Positions 54,024 through 64,000 of a stretch of DNA of 64,000 bases are shown piece by piece (position 1 is the stretch's first letter; the number at the start of each line of letters is the position of its first letter). A model generated the notes under the pieces. That model was not told the origin of the DNA. It did no database searches and saw only the letters and a program-made list of their open reading frames with translations. The stretch is taken from the NCBI GenBank assembly GCA_000165345.1, contig CM000429.1, forward strand, positions 704,001-768,000. Direction: 5' to 3'. The translations under genes were made by a program, and so were the position numbers.

Positions 54024-55247
54024 TTAAAGAGAAAATAGATTAGAGATATCATCATCTGATTGAATTTCTAAGTTATTGGATACCTTTACATCAGTCATAT
54101 CACATTCATTAAATTGAAGAATTGTAGGAAGTTTTTGTCGTTGATAATTATAAATTGAAATAAGTTCTCTAGTAACATTATGATCAAGCTTATCATGGCG
54201 ATGTCTAATATACCAGAATCCAATTTGTGGAATTTTTCCTGAAAAATTTCTAAGTTCATGAACAATTTTAGTATTGTAAAAATTCTCCAGATTTTGAACA
54301 AATAGTTGGAATTCATGTACTTGATGTGAATTATTAATTTCATCTCTAAATATATGAGCTCCTGGGAGACTAAATATAGTATGAAAAATCCTATAAAGAT
54401 GTGTTCGAATAATTCCAACATTTGGAGGTGGATAAAGAATACAATAATCCAAATATTCGAGTGCTATTTGAAATTGTGAAGGTTTATTATTAATGGCTTC
54501 TGGAGTTTTAAAACCTTGAAATAGCCATGGATTCTCTAAAATTCCTTCAGCACTCATTACTGCATCAGCTCCTGTATAATTCAAACATTTTTGAATATCC
54601 TCATAATTGGAAATACCACCATTAGCAATAAATGGAATTGAACATCTTGATTTTAAAATTTTTAAAGCCTCCCAATTAGCTGGTCCTGTCAACACTCCTC
54701 TAGAAGTCATTGTTCTTCCATGTACAGCAATCATACAGGCACCAGCAGACTCCAACCTTTTGATTAAATTTATTGTTGGTTGTAAATCATGATGATCAAG
54801 TATTCTAATTTTACATGATACTGGGCATTTTAAATCACTTTCTGATAATGTTGAAATGATTCTTTCCATCAAGTCTGGATTTGATAATAGAAATGCACCA
54901 TAATTTCCCCTCTTTGCAATATTTTGTGGGCATCCAAAATTTATATCAATTCCTTTAACTTTATCATCAATAAATTTTGAAGCTTTTACTAGAGTTTCTG
55001 GATCATTTCCACAAAATTGAACTATCATTGGGTCATCCTCTTCACATGTTTGAAAATTTGTCTCTCTATAACCTTGTAGTTTTGAAAATAATCCAGAATG
55101 GTACATTGGTGAATATCCTAAATCACATCCATACTTTTTGCAAATAAGGCGAAAAGCTAATTCACTGCCATCTACCATTGGAGCTAAAACTGTTTTTGGA
55201 GACTTTAATACATTTTTCCAATTTTCCCAAGGGGATAACTTGGTCAT
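54024..55247 (-). CDS. dus1l: tRNA-dihydrouridine synthase, DUS1-like
   Basis: VLAPMVDGSELAFRLICKKYG..MIVQFCGNDPETLV..GIDINFGCPQNIAKRGNYGAFL..CKIR..HGRT..ANGGI is collinear with human DUS1L, including the catalytic Cys in GCPQ and the FMN-binding TIM barrel. Confidence 0.85.
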   Translation of the reverse strand: MTKLSPWENWKNVLKSPKTVLAPMVDGSELAFRLICKKYGCDLGYSPMYHSGLFSKLQGYRETNFQTCEEDDPMIVQFCGNDPETLVKASKFIDDKVKGIDINFGCPQNIAKRGNYGAFLLSNPDLMERIISTLSESDLKCPVSCKIRILDHHDLQPTINLIKRLESAGACMIAVHGRTMTSRGVLTGPANWEALKILKSRCSIPFIANGGISNYEDIQKCLNYTGADAVMSAEGILENPWLFQGFKTPEAINNKPSQFQIALEYLDYCILYPPPNVGIIRTHLYRIFHTIFSLPGAHIFRDEINNSHQVHEFQLFVQNLENFYNTKIVHELRNFSGKIPQIGFWYIRHRHDKLDHNVTRELISIYNYQRQKLPTILQFNECDMTDVKVSNNLEIQSDDDISNLFSL

Positions 55248-55677
55248 TTTCCTTTAAAGCTCTACTACTAAGCTAAGCTTAAAGTAATAAGTAGTTTTAA
55301 TTTAATATATTAGAAACCTTAAACTATTTAATAATTGAAACTCTGAGAAGTTTAAATACTCAAATTGTATAATGATTTTCCATTTCCATTTGTTTACTCG
55401 TTTTTTTTATTATTTTCGTTATGTCAAATTAAGACATTCGATTACTATTAATTTAAAAAACTCAAATTTTGGCGCCTATACCGGTAAAATGACGTGGAAT
55501 TTTAATTGGGTGAATGGAAAAAAAATTATTTGTATTTGCATGACATTACGTCATTCATTCAAAAATATTAAATTATAAAATAAATGGATATGTTTTTTAA
55601 ATAAATTATTAAGATTCAAATGAATCATAAGAAGTGTCAAGCTTTGATCAATTTTTTCTAGTTTTAATATATTAAAA

Positions 55678-57868
55678 ATGGATTATTTGAAGAAATATAT
55701 TGAAACTATTCCATATTTTAATAATGAGAAGAAAAAGACTTCTAGATTCGGAATTACTGAGGATATGGTTCCTTCATTTTCTAATGGAAAAAGGGTAAGT
55801 GTGTTACATTATATATATCAAAATAATCCAACTTATTATGTGTAATTTTTTTATTTTTAAATTAAAACTTAATATAAATAATAGGGAATTAGACTTACTA
55901 CTAATCTATGCATGGTAAGTTGAAATCATTAATAAAAAAAAATAAATAATACTAATTATAAATATTTTAATTCTATTTATAATAATAGAGATACCGATTT
56001 TTAAAAGTTGAGGATCATATAGTTCCTATATATCCTGAAAGGGAGAAACCAATAAGAGAGAAGATTGAAAATGTACAATTCCAAGGAACTTTTAATTTGA
56101 GGGATGAAATTAAAAAAGTAAAATTTAAAGAAATAGAAGATGAGGAAATAGAAGCTGTTGAGTATGAGGTAAAAAAAATTGAAGAAGAAATTGAAGAACA
56201 GCCAAATATTCGTGGACAATATTTATATAAATATTACGAAAAAAATCCACTTAAATGGCATGGGCCAATGGGAATCAATAATAAAGGATTTAAAATACAA
56301 GGAAATATTTCGGCTGATAATAAAGTTAAAATTATAGATATAAGTGAAAATAAGAGTTTTAATCCAATAAAACATGTAAGATGGCATATGACTCCTCAAA
56401 TAATAACCGAAGGTGATGATTATTCTTTGGTTGACCCTCTTCCATTGTTTGAAGGTTTTGAATGGTATATATCAAGAGAAACTATTGGTCATTATTTAAG
56501 TGTTACAGTATTTAGGGGGAATACTATAAATAAGAATCAGATTAATCTAATTCAAGCTAAAGATTTACATTTTAATGGTCAAAAAAAACTGATTAATCAT
56601 GAAGATGATTCTGAATCTCTTATAAAATCAAACTTTAATTCAGAAAAAGATACTGATTTAGATAAATATATTACAGAAGAGACAATTATTGGGTAAGTTA
56701 TTTTAATAATATAATAATTATAACAATTTTTTGATATTAACTTATATCTAGGCCTGTTCTTATACCAGATTATATGGCTCATCAGATTTTAAGTTTTATT
56801 TGTAATGAAAGTTTTTCTTGTAATATAATTCTATTAGACCGTCCAAGGCCTTCATTTAAATTAGATAATGAAGACGTTGCAAAAAATTCGAATTCCAATA
56901 ATAAAAAAGGTGGTCAAGATGAAAATAATCAGGAAGATAAGAAGAAAAAGAAGAAGAAGAAGAATAAAAAGAAAAAGAAGAAACACATTGATAATGAAGA
57001 TGAAAATGATGAAGATGAAGATGGAAATAAGGATGATGATGAAGATAATGATGATGAAGATGATGATAACGAAGATGGTGAGAATGAAGATGGCGATGAC
57101 GATGACGATGACGATGATGATGAAGATGATGATGATGATGATGAGGAAGATGGTCAAGTAAAGGATTATAAAAGTAAATCTAAAATTGCAAAACATGGGA
57201 AGAATAAACAAGATCCAGAACAACATTCAGATTCAGATGCAAATTCCAAATCGGAATCTGGAACCGATTCTGATTCTGATTCTGATTCTGATTCCGATTC
57301 TGACTCTGATTCAAAAAATAAGAATCGAGAAGAAAATGAATATGATGATGATGATGACTATTGCGAGGAAAATGACTATTTAGCATTTAAAAGGGAAACA
57401 TATAGGGGAACATTTGAGTCAAAATTAATGGATGGAATTGTAAAAATATCCTATAATACTAAAAAAGATGAAAAGAAAGAGAGAAGAAAAAAAAGAAAAT
57501 TGTTAAAAGTAGTTAAGGATAATAAGAATGGGAATACAGAGGCGAATTCTATTGAATATAAGTTAAGTTATCATAAATCAATAGAATTTGAATTTGATAG
57601 ATTTTTCTTCACCATTGAACATAAATATAATACAAGTATTGTTAAAATGATAATTTTTGAGACAGAAAATAGAAGCTATGAAATCAGGTTCAGAGTTGAT
57701 CCAGAACTAGGAAGAGATAATTTTTACTATGCAATGATTGCTTTTCAAGGATGTTATAAAAGTCAAAATTATGACTGGGATGATCACCTTAAAAATGGTA
57801 ATATAGCTTCAATTAAAGATTTAATTCAAGAAGAATTAGAAATCTTAGCTTTAAAAGGCTATAATTAA
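55678..57868 (+). CDS. hypothetical acidic protein with poly-D and (DS)n tracts (4 exons: 55678..55794, 55885..55914, 55989..56692, 56752..57868)
   Basis: ATG at 55678. GTAAGT donors at 55795, 55915 and 56693; AG acceptors ending at 55884, 55988 and 56751. All phases close, joining ORF-track pieces 56097..56696 and 56774..57868. Central (GAT)n gives D9+ and (GATTCT)n gives DSDSDSDSDSDS. The globular C-terminal ~130 aa is unassigned. Confidence 0.55.
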
Positions 57869-58072
57869 TTTCATTTTTTTTTTTTAACTAATGCTTAAAG
57901 CATGCATGCATTACAAATTGCATGCAATTTGTAATAGTTGACACGTAACAATTGTTTTGTGAATATAATTAATAGAATTTTTTCTTTTTTTTTTAATTTT
58001 AAAAAATCAAATATAAAATATGCGATATAATACAGAATAAATATGGATAATCAATTATTATGAAATTTGGAA

Positions 58073-59184
58073 TTATTCATGTAAATTATTGGAAATATTT
58101 AAAAGGTTATCAATCATTACATGTTGAATTTGTTTCATAACATTATTATCAATAGATTCAATTAGTTTCCCAATATTTGAAATATGATAATAAATTGTTT
58201 GATTATTAATAATAGTAATAGAATTTCTGTCAATAGCAATATTTTGCATATTATTCTCATTACTAACTTCGTCATTAAAATTGGATTTAGTATTTGATCT
58301 TAAAAAGCTCTTTAAGAATTTAGTATCACTCAATTCAAATTTTTTTTCTACCCAGTTAGTTTTACATCCATCAAATAAAATGGTTTCATTATTATAATTA
58401 TTTTCATCATCTCCAGAAGATGAATGTTTTTTTTGTTTATCTTTAAATCCATAATAATAAGTTGATCCAACTCTATATGTTGCAATTCCTGATGAATGAG
58501 AAAGTACAGTTTCTACATTATGTATAATATCCAAAAAATAAACTATTTCAGTTAAATCATTTGTTGAAGATTTTTCATTAATATTATCATTTAAAAAATT
58601 GAATGGATTAATTATATGTTTCATTACAAAACAAGTTCCAAAAGAATCTCCTTCAAGATCATAACAATAAACATTACTCAATAAAACTCCATGATCACAT
58701 ATATCTTCTTCTAATCCACCATTTATATATGTATAATTTTGACAATAAATCTCGTAAACTTTTTGAAATTCTGTTTCCAGCATTTTTAAATGGTTTAAAT
58801 CATTATTTGCAATTTCTTTAAAACTTTCTGCTTTTTCAGAATCATATTCCTCTTTAGATTTTGGATCAATATAAAATTTATATGTATATGGTGATCTAAA
58901 ATAATTTTCAATTCTGTTTGAGTTACATCCTAAATAATACATTTTTGTTTCCAAATCTAAAATCACTTTTAATGGGGTTTCAATTCTTTGAAAAATTTCT
59001 TTGGATGATTCTGGATATATATCGCCTATTATTCAAATTAATATTATTATTATTATATTATTATTTATTATTAAAACTTACATAAATATTTTACTGTATT
59101 GTCAGTTTCACTTGGAAGACATTTTGACCAAATTTTTAAGGCATTAATTATTTCTTCATCATGATATCTTCCATTTGGATTCAT
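58073..59184 (-). CDS. hypothetical protein (2 exons on minus strand: 59184..59082, 59025..58073)
   Basis: Upstream exon MNPNGRYHDEEIINALKIWSKCLPSETDNTVKYL. Minus-strand GTAAGT donor at 59081-59076. The acceptor AATAATAG ends at 59026, then the frame continues CDIYPESSKEIFQRIETPLKVILDLETKM... into the 58073..58966 ORF. Family unassigned. Confidence 0.5.
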
Positions 59185-59756
59185 TTTCAAATTTAATTGT
59201 TTTTTAATTTATTTTGGGTGATTTGCATGCAATCTTCTTTATTTTTTTCCCTTTATATATTATTATGCAAAAATTAATATCATTAAATTAAATTGGTATC
59301 TACTATAACATATTATGTACAATTCTTTTTTCTTTTCAAAGATAAATCTTTAAAAATACGAATAAATTATCCAATATAATTATTTAATTTTACGCCTTTT
59401 ATAACAATAATAATAATAATAATATCTCCAATTTTTCTTTTAATATATCTAAATTATCCCCTCACGCCAAAAAAAAAACATATTTATATATAAATATATA
59501 TTCTGACCAAAGAATAATTCAACCTTAACATTGAAATCCAAAATTAAATTTATAAATGAATACAATGATCACACAATAATTCAACATAATTTATGGCAAT
59601 AAAGTAATAATTAAAATAATTATTAAATTTTTGGACTTTAATATATTTTTATTTTCCCTCTTATTGTATTATAAATAATATTACTAGTAAAAACTATTTC
59701 AATAAAGTGTTTTATATTATTAAAAAAAAAAAAAAAGAAACTACTATAATAACAAA

Positions 59757-60422
59757 ATGCAATCATATAAAATCAATGAATTTGGCAATGAAATTCATAA
59801 CAACAAGATAAATTTCGAGCCTTCTGGATTATTAGCTAAGGAATCAAACTCTCTAAATGGAGTATTTCTAAAGGTATGTTTTTAAATAAGTTTAAGAAAA
59901 CTTTATTAAAAAAAAAAGTATTCAAAACCTTCAGATTCATGCAATTCACATAAAAAATGGAAACTTTATGTATTTAAATATAATTATCCACATGATGTGG
60001 GGAAAAATGACAATACCGGTATTGTGCATGTAAATAATGACAGTTCATGTGGACAACACGTATATAATGAAACAATACCATTATATAATAATGAATATTA
60101 TTTAATAGGTAATTTTTGATGAAAATTTCAGTTAATTAATTAATTATCTTTTTTCTTTGATAAATAAGGTAAGGATGCAAGAGTAGTTAATATAAACTTA
60201 AAAGAAGACTCGATAGAAGATCAACATGCAGTAATACAACATAGAGTTAATAAGAAAGGTATTCCAACAATATATATAATAGATTTAGATAGCAAGTATG
60301 GTACATTTATTAATGATGAGAGAATAGAGTCAAGAAGATATTATGAGTTAATTGAGAAAGATTCGATCCGATTTGGTGAATGTAAAAATGAATATATTTT
60401 ATTGCATGATGGAATGATATGA
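59757..60422 (+). CDS. snip1: SNIP1/Pml1-like FHA-domain protein (3 exons: 59757..59873, 59919..60108, 60169..60422)
   Basis: Exon 1 INFEPSGLLAKESNSLNGVFLK matches SNIP1 PNFELSGALLEDTNTFRGVVIK. Exon 2 YSKPSDSCNSHKKWKLYVFK...ETIPLYNNEYYLIG matches YSEPPEARIPKKRWRLYPFKNDEVLPVMYIHRQSAYLLG. Exon 3 GKDARVVNINLKEDSIEDQHAVIQHRV..IYIIDLDSKYGTFINDERIESRRYYELIEKDSIRFG..EYILLHD matches the FHA core. Donors GTATGT at 59874 and GTAATT at 60109; acceptors end at 59918 and 60168. Confidence 0.7.
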
Positions 60423-60571
60423 TGCAAGTAATAATATAATATATATAAGAATTGATAAATTTAAAATTAAATGAAAAGCTAATAAAAATATCAAGCAATT
60501 TGAGATTGATTTTCCGCATGAAAACTTTGTTCTAAGTATTCTCATCTCATACAGCATAATTAATTATTAAA

Positions 60572-61942
60572 CTACTCATTATTACTATTATTATTAACAT
60601 TATTATTATTGGTATTATTATTATTATTGCTATTATTAGCAAGAATAGAAGAAAGAGAAGTAAGATGTCCCATCCATTGATTAAGTTTTTTATCCAAAGA
60701 TTCCCATTCAGCTTTACCAAATTGTCTCTTTGTAACGCAATTAATATTAACAGTATTGGAATTCTCTGAGATATTTCCATCAATAAGTCCAACACTTATT
60801 GCATTAACTACAGCATCTTGAGTATCAAATGATGATAGTCTGAATTCTTTTTCAAGTTCATCTAACTTAATAGATGATTTACCTTTTGCCAATGTTGAAA
60901 TAGTTAATAATTGAAGTTTATTAACAATATTACTTTCATTAGCCTTTAAAATTGGTAATTTATCAAGAAAGTTCTGATATTCTTGGTTATTATTTTGAAG
61001 TTTATCATGGAAATCTCCAACTGTGCCTTGATAACATATATCAAATAATTCCAATAAGACTTTATACTCTTTTGAGTAATTTTCCTTAATATATTGGTAA
61101 ATTGGCATTGATAGTAATGAATCAAAGAATAATATTTCTGGTAAAAGAATGGTTGAAATAAGAAACTGTACTCCTAAATCAAGTATGCGGCTATTTGATT
61201 TTATTGATTGAGAAATCTCATCTTTTGATTTAAAAGTTTCAAAGAATCCAACTAAATAATCATAAGCTTTCTTATTCAAATAATTCTTATTATCTTTTGA
61301 TTCTGATGATATAATATCATACATACCCAAATACAAATTTCTCTTCAGTTCAGATTTTGATTCATCAATATTTGTAATCTTCTTTTCTAACATATCTAAT
61401 GAAGATTCCATTGTTTCAAAGTTATTAAAACAACCATATTGTGCCTTATATTTTAATATATTTACTAGAAGTTCAAGATCTTGACCAAAAATATCATAAT
61501 AAACCTGTAATACATTAATTCTCAATTTTGGAATTTCACCTTTACTCATTAATTTTTCAAGGAAAATCTTCTTACATGTATCAATTCTTGATTTATCAAA
61601 CTTTGGATGAAGAAGCATTGAAATTAATGGTATAAAGAATTCCTCTGATTCTTTATATAACTCTCCAAAACTTCGTTTAACATCATCACGTATTACTATT
61701 TCTTTCTTTACCTCAGCATCCTTCAAAATCTCAAATATTCCATCCAAATTTTCAACAAGTAATTCAAATACAGATGCCATATCTACTTCAGATATATCAT
61801 CTCTAACCAATTTACAAACTTTTTCATAAAATGAATTCGATTTTTTCTTATCTAAGTAATCTAAAATTGTGAATAGCCAGTCACACAAAAGGATTGAAGT
61901 TGAACGTCCATTTCCATTTGAAGTAAATACTAGCTGCATCAT
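60572..61942 (-). CDS. eif3m: eukaryotic translation initiation factor 3 subunit M (eIF3m), PCI-domain protein
   Basis: C-terminal PCI/winged helix NKLQLLTISTLAKGKSSIKLDELEKEFRLSSFDTQDAVVNAISVGLIDGNI..VTKRQFGKAEWESLDKKLNQW matches human EIF3M MAKMRLLTFMGMA..EISFDTMQQELQIGADDVEAFVIDAVRTKMV..RTFGKQQWQQLYDTLNAW. Poly-N tail. Confidence 0.7.
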   Translation of the reverse strand: MMQLVFTSNGNGRSTSILLCDWLFTILDYLDKKKSNSFYEKVCKLVRDDISEVDMASVFELLVENLDGIFEILKDAEVKKEIVIRDDVKRSFGELYKESEEFFIPLISMLLHPKFDKSRIDTCKKIFLEKLMSKGEIPKLRINVLQVYYDIFGQDLELLVNILKYKAQYGCFNNFETMESSLDMLEKKITNIDESKSELKRNLYLGMYDIISSESKDNKNYLNKKAYDYLVGFFETFKSKDEISQSIKSNSRILDLGVQFLISTILLPEILFFDSLLSMPIYQYIKENYSKEYKVLLELFDICYQGTVGDFHDKLQNNNQEYQNFLDKLPILKANESNIVNKLQLLTISTLAKGKSSIKLDELEKEFRLSSFDTQDAVVNAISVGLIDGNISENSNTVNINCVTKRQFGKAEWESLDKKLNQWMGHLTSLSSILANNSNNNNNTNNNNVNNNSNNE

Positions 61943-62018
61943 TTTTTTTTATTCTCTTATTCACTAATATATTTCTTTCAACCTTTCGATATTTATAATA
62001 TAATATATTACTATCTAA

Positions 62019-62052
<34 letters not shown>

Positions 62053-62828
62053 AATTATCTCTCTTTTTTTTTAGAAGAAATTTTGAAATTATACAATAAT
62101 ATAATAATCTTCTTTACAAGCCAATATCCCCAAGTAAAAGTAATTAGTACACTTTTTAATTCAACAAATACGATCAGTTGGTTACTCCTTTTTCTCTATC
62201 AATCCAATCCTGATCTTTAATGTAAATTTTTATACTATATTACTAATATTATTATTGACTAGTTTTTCTTATCCTTTTTACTCTTTAATTAATTATTTCT
62301 CATCTCAGAAAGCCCGCCGTCCCGTTGTTTGGCGCGCGCCATTTTTTTTTATAAGAATTAATGATAAAAAAAAATAAATAAGAATTTAAAAAAATAAGGG
62401 AAAAAAAAATTAGAGATAAAAATCATAGGAAAAGAAATAAATGATAAAATTCAGATAGAAAATAATGAAAAGAGAATAGTTTGAAAAATCACAGAAAAAA
62501 AAGATGGATAAATAGATTTTAGAAAATTTTATCTTCTTTTTGTCTGAATAAAATTTCTTATCTATTATTAATCTATCAAATTCTTTACTTTTCACATTAA
62601 ACCATAGTTATAAAGTGAAGAAAATGTAACACTAAAACTTGTATTGACTTGAAATATGGAACTCTTTACAAATTTTTAAAATAACTATTTTCAAAATTTG
62701 TGTGCATTATATTTTAATTTTGTGTGCATATAACAAAAATAATTAAAATTTGAATAAAATAATTTAATATTAATATTGATCGTTGAACATTAATAATTGT
62801 TTAACTCTGTAGGTTATTAAATCTTAAA

Positions 62829-63242
62829 TTAAACTTTTGCTCTATTAGAAATAGCTGGAAATTTATCAGATCCAAAATTATTTGAAACAATATCGTCAGA
62901 TGATCTAACAACGAATCTTTGTGAATTTGGATTGGTATACTCAGATCTACTATTTCTCTTTTTAGCAGCAAAGTATATAATTCGAATTAAAGCTATTAAT
63001 ATTATGAATCCAATAAAAGATCCAAGTCCAATAAAATATGATGTAGCCATTGCTGCTCTTGCATTTGTTATACCAAATAAACTATGATCAAAACTTGTTG
63101 CAAAAGTTGCTACTTTAAATATTTCATTTAAGCTAAACCCTGTAGCTCCTGCATCTAATGCTGATAGTCTTGGACTTTGTTGTGGAGGTCCTTCATAGTA
63201 ATTATTCATTAAATTCAATTCTCCCTGGAAAGCTGTCTTCAT
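62829..63242 (-). CDS. small hypothetical membrane protein (137 aa, one Gly-rich TM helix)
   Basis: ORF with hydrophobic segment AMATSYFIGLGSFIGFIILIALIRIIYF followed by a basic stretch. No family assigned. Confidence 0.45.
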   Translation of the reverse strand: MKTAFQGELNLMNNYYEGPPQQSPRLSALDAGATGFSLNEIFKVATFATSFDHSLFGITNARAAMATSYFIGLGSFIGFIILIALIRIIYFAAKKRNSRSEYTNPNSQRFVVRSSDDIVSNNFGSDKFPAISNRAKV

Positions 63243-64000
63243 ATTTCTAAACTTGACTAACTTTAATGCTTCTTATTTTACTATTAATATAATAATTCTG
63301 TTTCTTTTCTTATGATAAAAGTTATTAAACTTTTCACTTTTTATTTATTCACAAAATTTTTTTTTGTATCTATTAAGACACTGCATTTTACAGATGCATA
63401 ACTACATGCATAATACTTTTTTTATGATGGCGGGCTTTTCATATAATTTTTTCAGACTATAATAAATAGTCCAATTTGTTTTACCATTCCAACCGCCCAA
63501 CACAGTAAACAATATAGTAGGAATTAATGTTAATATATATATATATATATTATAGCCGAGATAAGAAACAGTTTTTTAACACAAAATTAATTAAATGTAT
63601 AGTTAATCTCAAATCTATGTAACTTTTGTTTAAGGTCATTATAACCAAACTAGAATTGCTCTCAAGAATAGAGTAATTAATAACAAATATCAATACTTCT
63701 AACAATATTATTATTACATGGAGTAGAAATTACCACCTTTTTCTGTTAATACTGATACCATTAGTTAATTTTCTCAGTTCATTTATAAATTTTATTATTA
63801 TTATTTTAATTAAGTGGGGAAAATGCATGCACACGCGTTGGCGCACAATTCCCTCATTCTTCTAATTTTATTATTAATATTTAATAGAAAGAAAAATTAG
63901 GTAGAAAATTAATAAACAAAATATCAAAAGAGAAAAAAGAAGGAAGATTTTGCCAAATTTAGCTTAAAATCAACTCAACTCAATTAAAGGCTTGTCCTAC

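Noticed and set aside
53525-54055. ORFs of 103 aa and 84 aa in the mus81/DUS convergent 3' intergenic region
   Set aside because: AT-rich, Ile/Leu/Phe/Lys-dominated translation typical of random AT DNA, with poly-A/T runs inside. No motif and no intron logic. Likely 3' UTR/terminator region.
56861-57386. Several 65-121-aa ORFs (I/F/L-rich or M/K-rich) overlapping 56861-57386 on both strands
   Set aside because: They are alternative frames of the (GAT)n/(AAG)n poly-D/poly-K coding repeats of the acidic protein gene. They are compositionally driven, not genes.
59919-60108. Placing an intron over the composite element inside SNIP1-like exon 2
   Set aside because: The only in-frame GT...AG pair (GTATTG at 60019 to AG at 60045) would give a ~25-nt intron, below plausible length. 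The frame stays open throughout, so I kept it as coding sequence with an in-frame insertion.

Overview
The window is a gene-dense stretch of eukaryotic nuclear DNA with the hallmarks of a dictyostelid (Dictyostelium-like) genome. It is extremely AT-rich outside coding sequence, with long (TA)n and A/T homopolymer runs. AAT/CAA/ACT/GAT codon repeats encode poly-N, poly-Q, poly-T and poly-D tracts. Introns are short and AT-rich with GTAAGT/GTATGT donors and AG acceptors. It is not prokaryotic: there are no operons, CRISPR arrays, phage or defence genes, and I found no rRNA or tRNA genes. I can support about 31 protein-coding genes, mostly housekeeping orthologues recognisable from translated motifs, plus several low-complexity Dictyostelium-style proteins of unknown function. 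Recognisable orthologues (ORF-track coordinates; exact spans in features):
- NOL10/Enp2 (25095-26909)
- MAT1 (32631-33521) and, divergently, cyclin H (34098-35173), i.e. two CAK subunits
- a BMI1/PCGF-like RING protein (35452-36306)
- a Cof-type HAD hydrolase (37998-38936)
- tubulin cofactor A (39764-40332)
- an AFG3-like m-AAA protease (41203-43362)
- PIG-C (44568-45392)
- VPS4 (46616-47998)
- GINS Psf2 (49977-50801, 3 exons)
- MUS81 (51245-53449)
- DUS1-like tRNA-dihydrouridine synthase (54024-55247)
- a SNIP1/Pml1-like FHA protein (59757-60422)
- eIF3m (60572-61942)
I re-derived multi-exon models by hand for cyclin H, TBCA, psf2, an acidic protein (55678-57868), an unknown gene (58073-59184) and the SNIP1-like gene. 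The most unusual sequence-level signals are in the intergenic DNA, where GC-rich islands stand out against the AT background. First, E2F-like TTTGGCGC / TTTCCCGCC boxes recur, typically 80-400 bp upstream of start codons, including in front of psf2, mus81 and cyclin H. Second, a fixed-spacing composite element ACCGGYAT-(N)-GCATG-(N)-YATGTGGAYR occurs at least five times, four in promoter-like positions and one in-frame inside a coding exon. A perfect 22-bp palindrome and a 13-bp odd palindrome also contain the ATGTGGA half-site. Third, there are several GGCGG/CCGCC inverted-repeat palindromes. Other candidates are a kinase-like protein with degenerate catalytic motifs (probable pseudokinase), a 3184-aa protein of unknown family, and an alpha/beta-hydrolase with a long Gly/Glu/Lys tail next to a CT-rich minisatellite. 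No self-contained novel system in the prokaryotic sense is evident.
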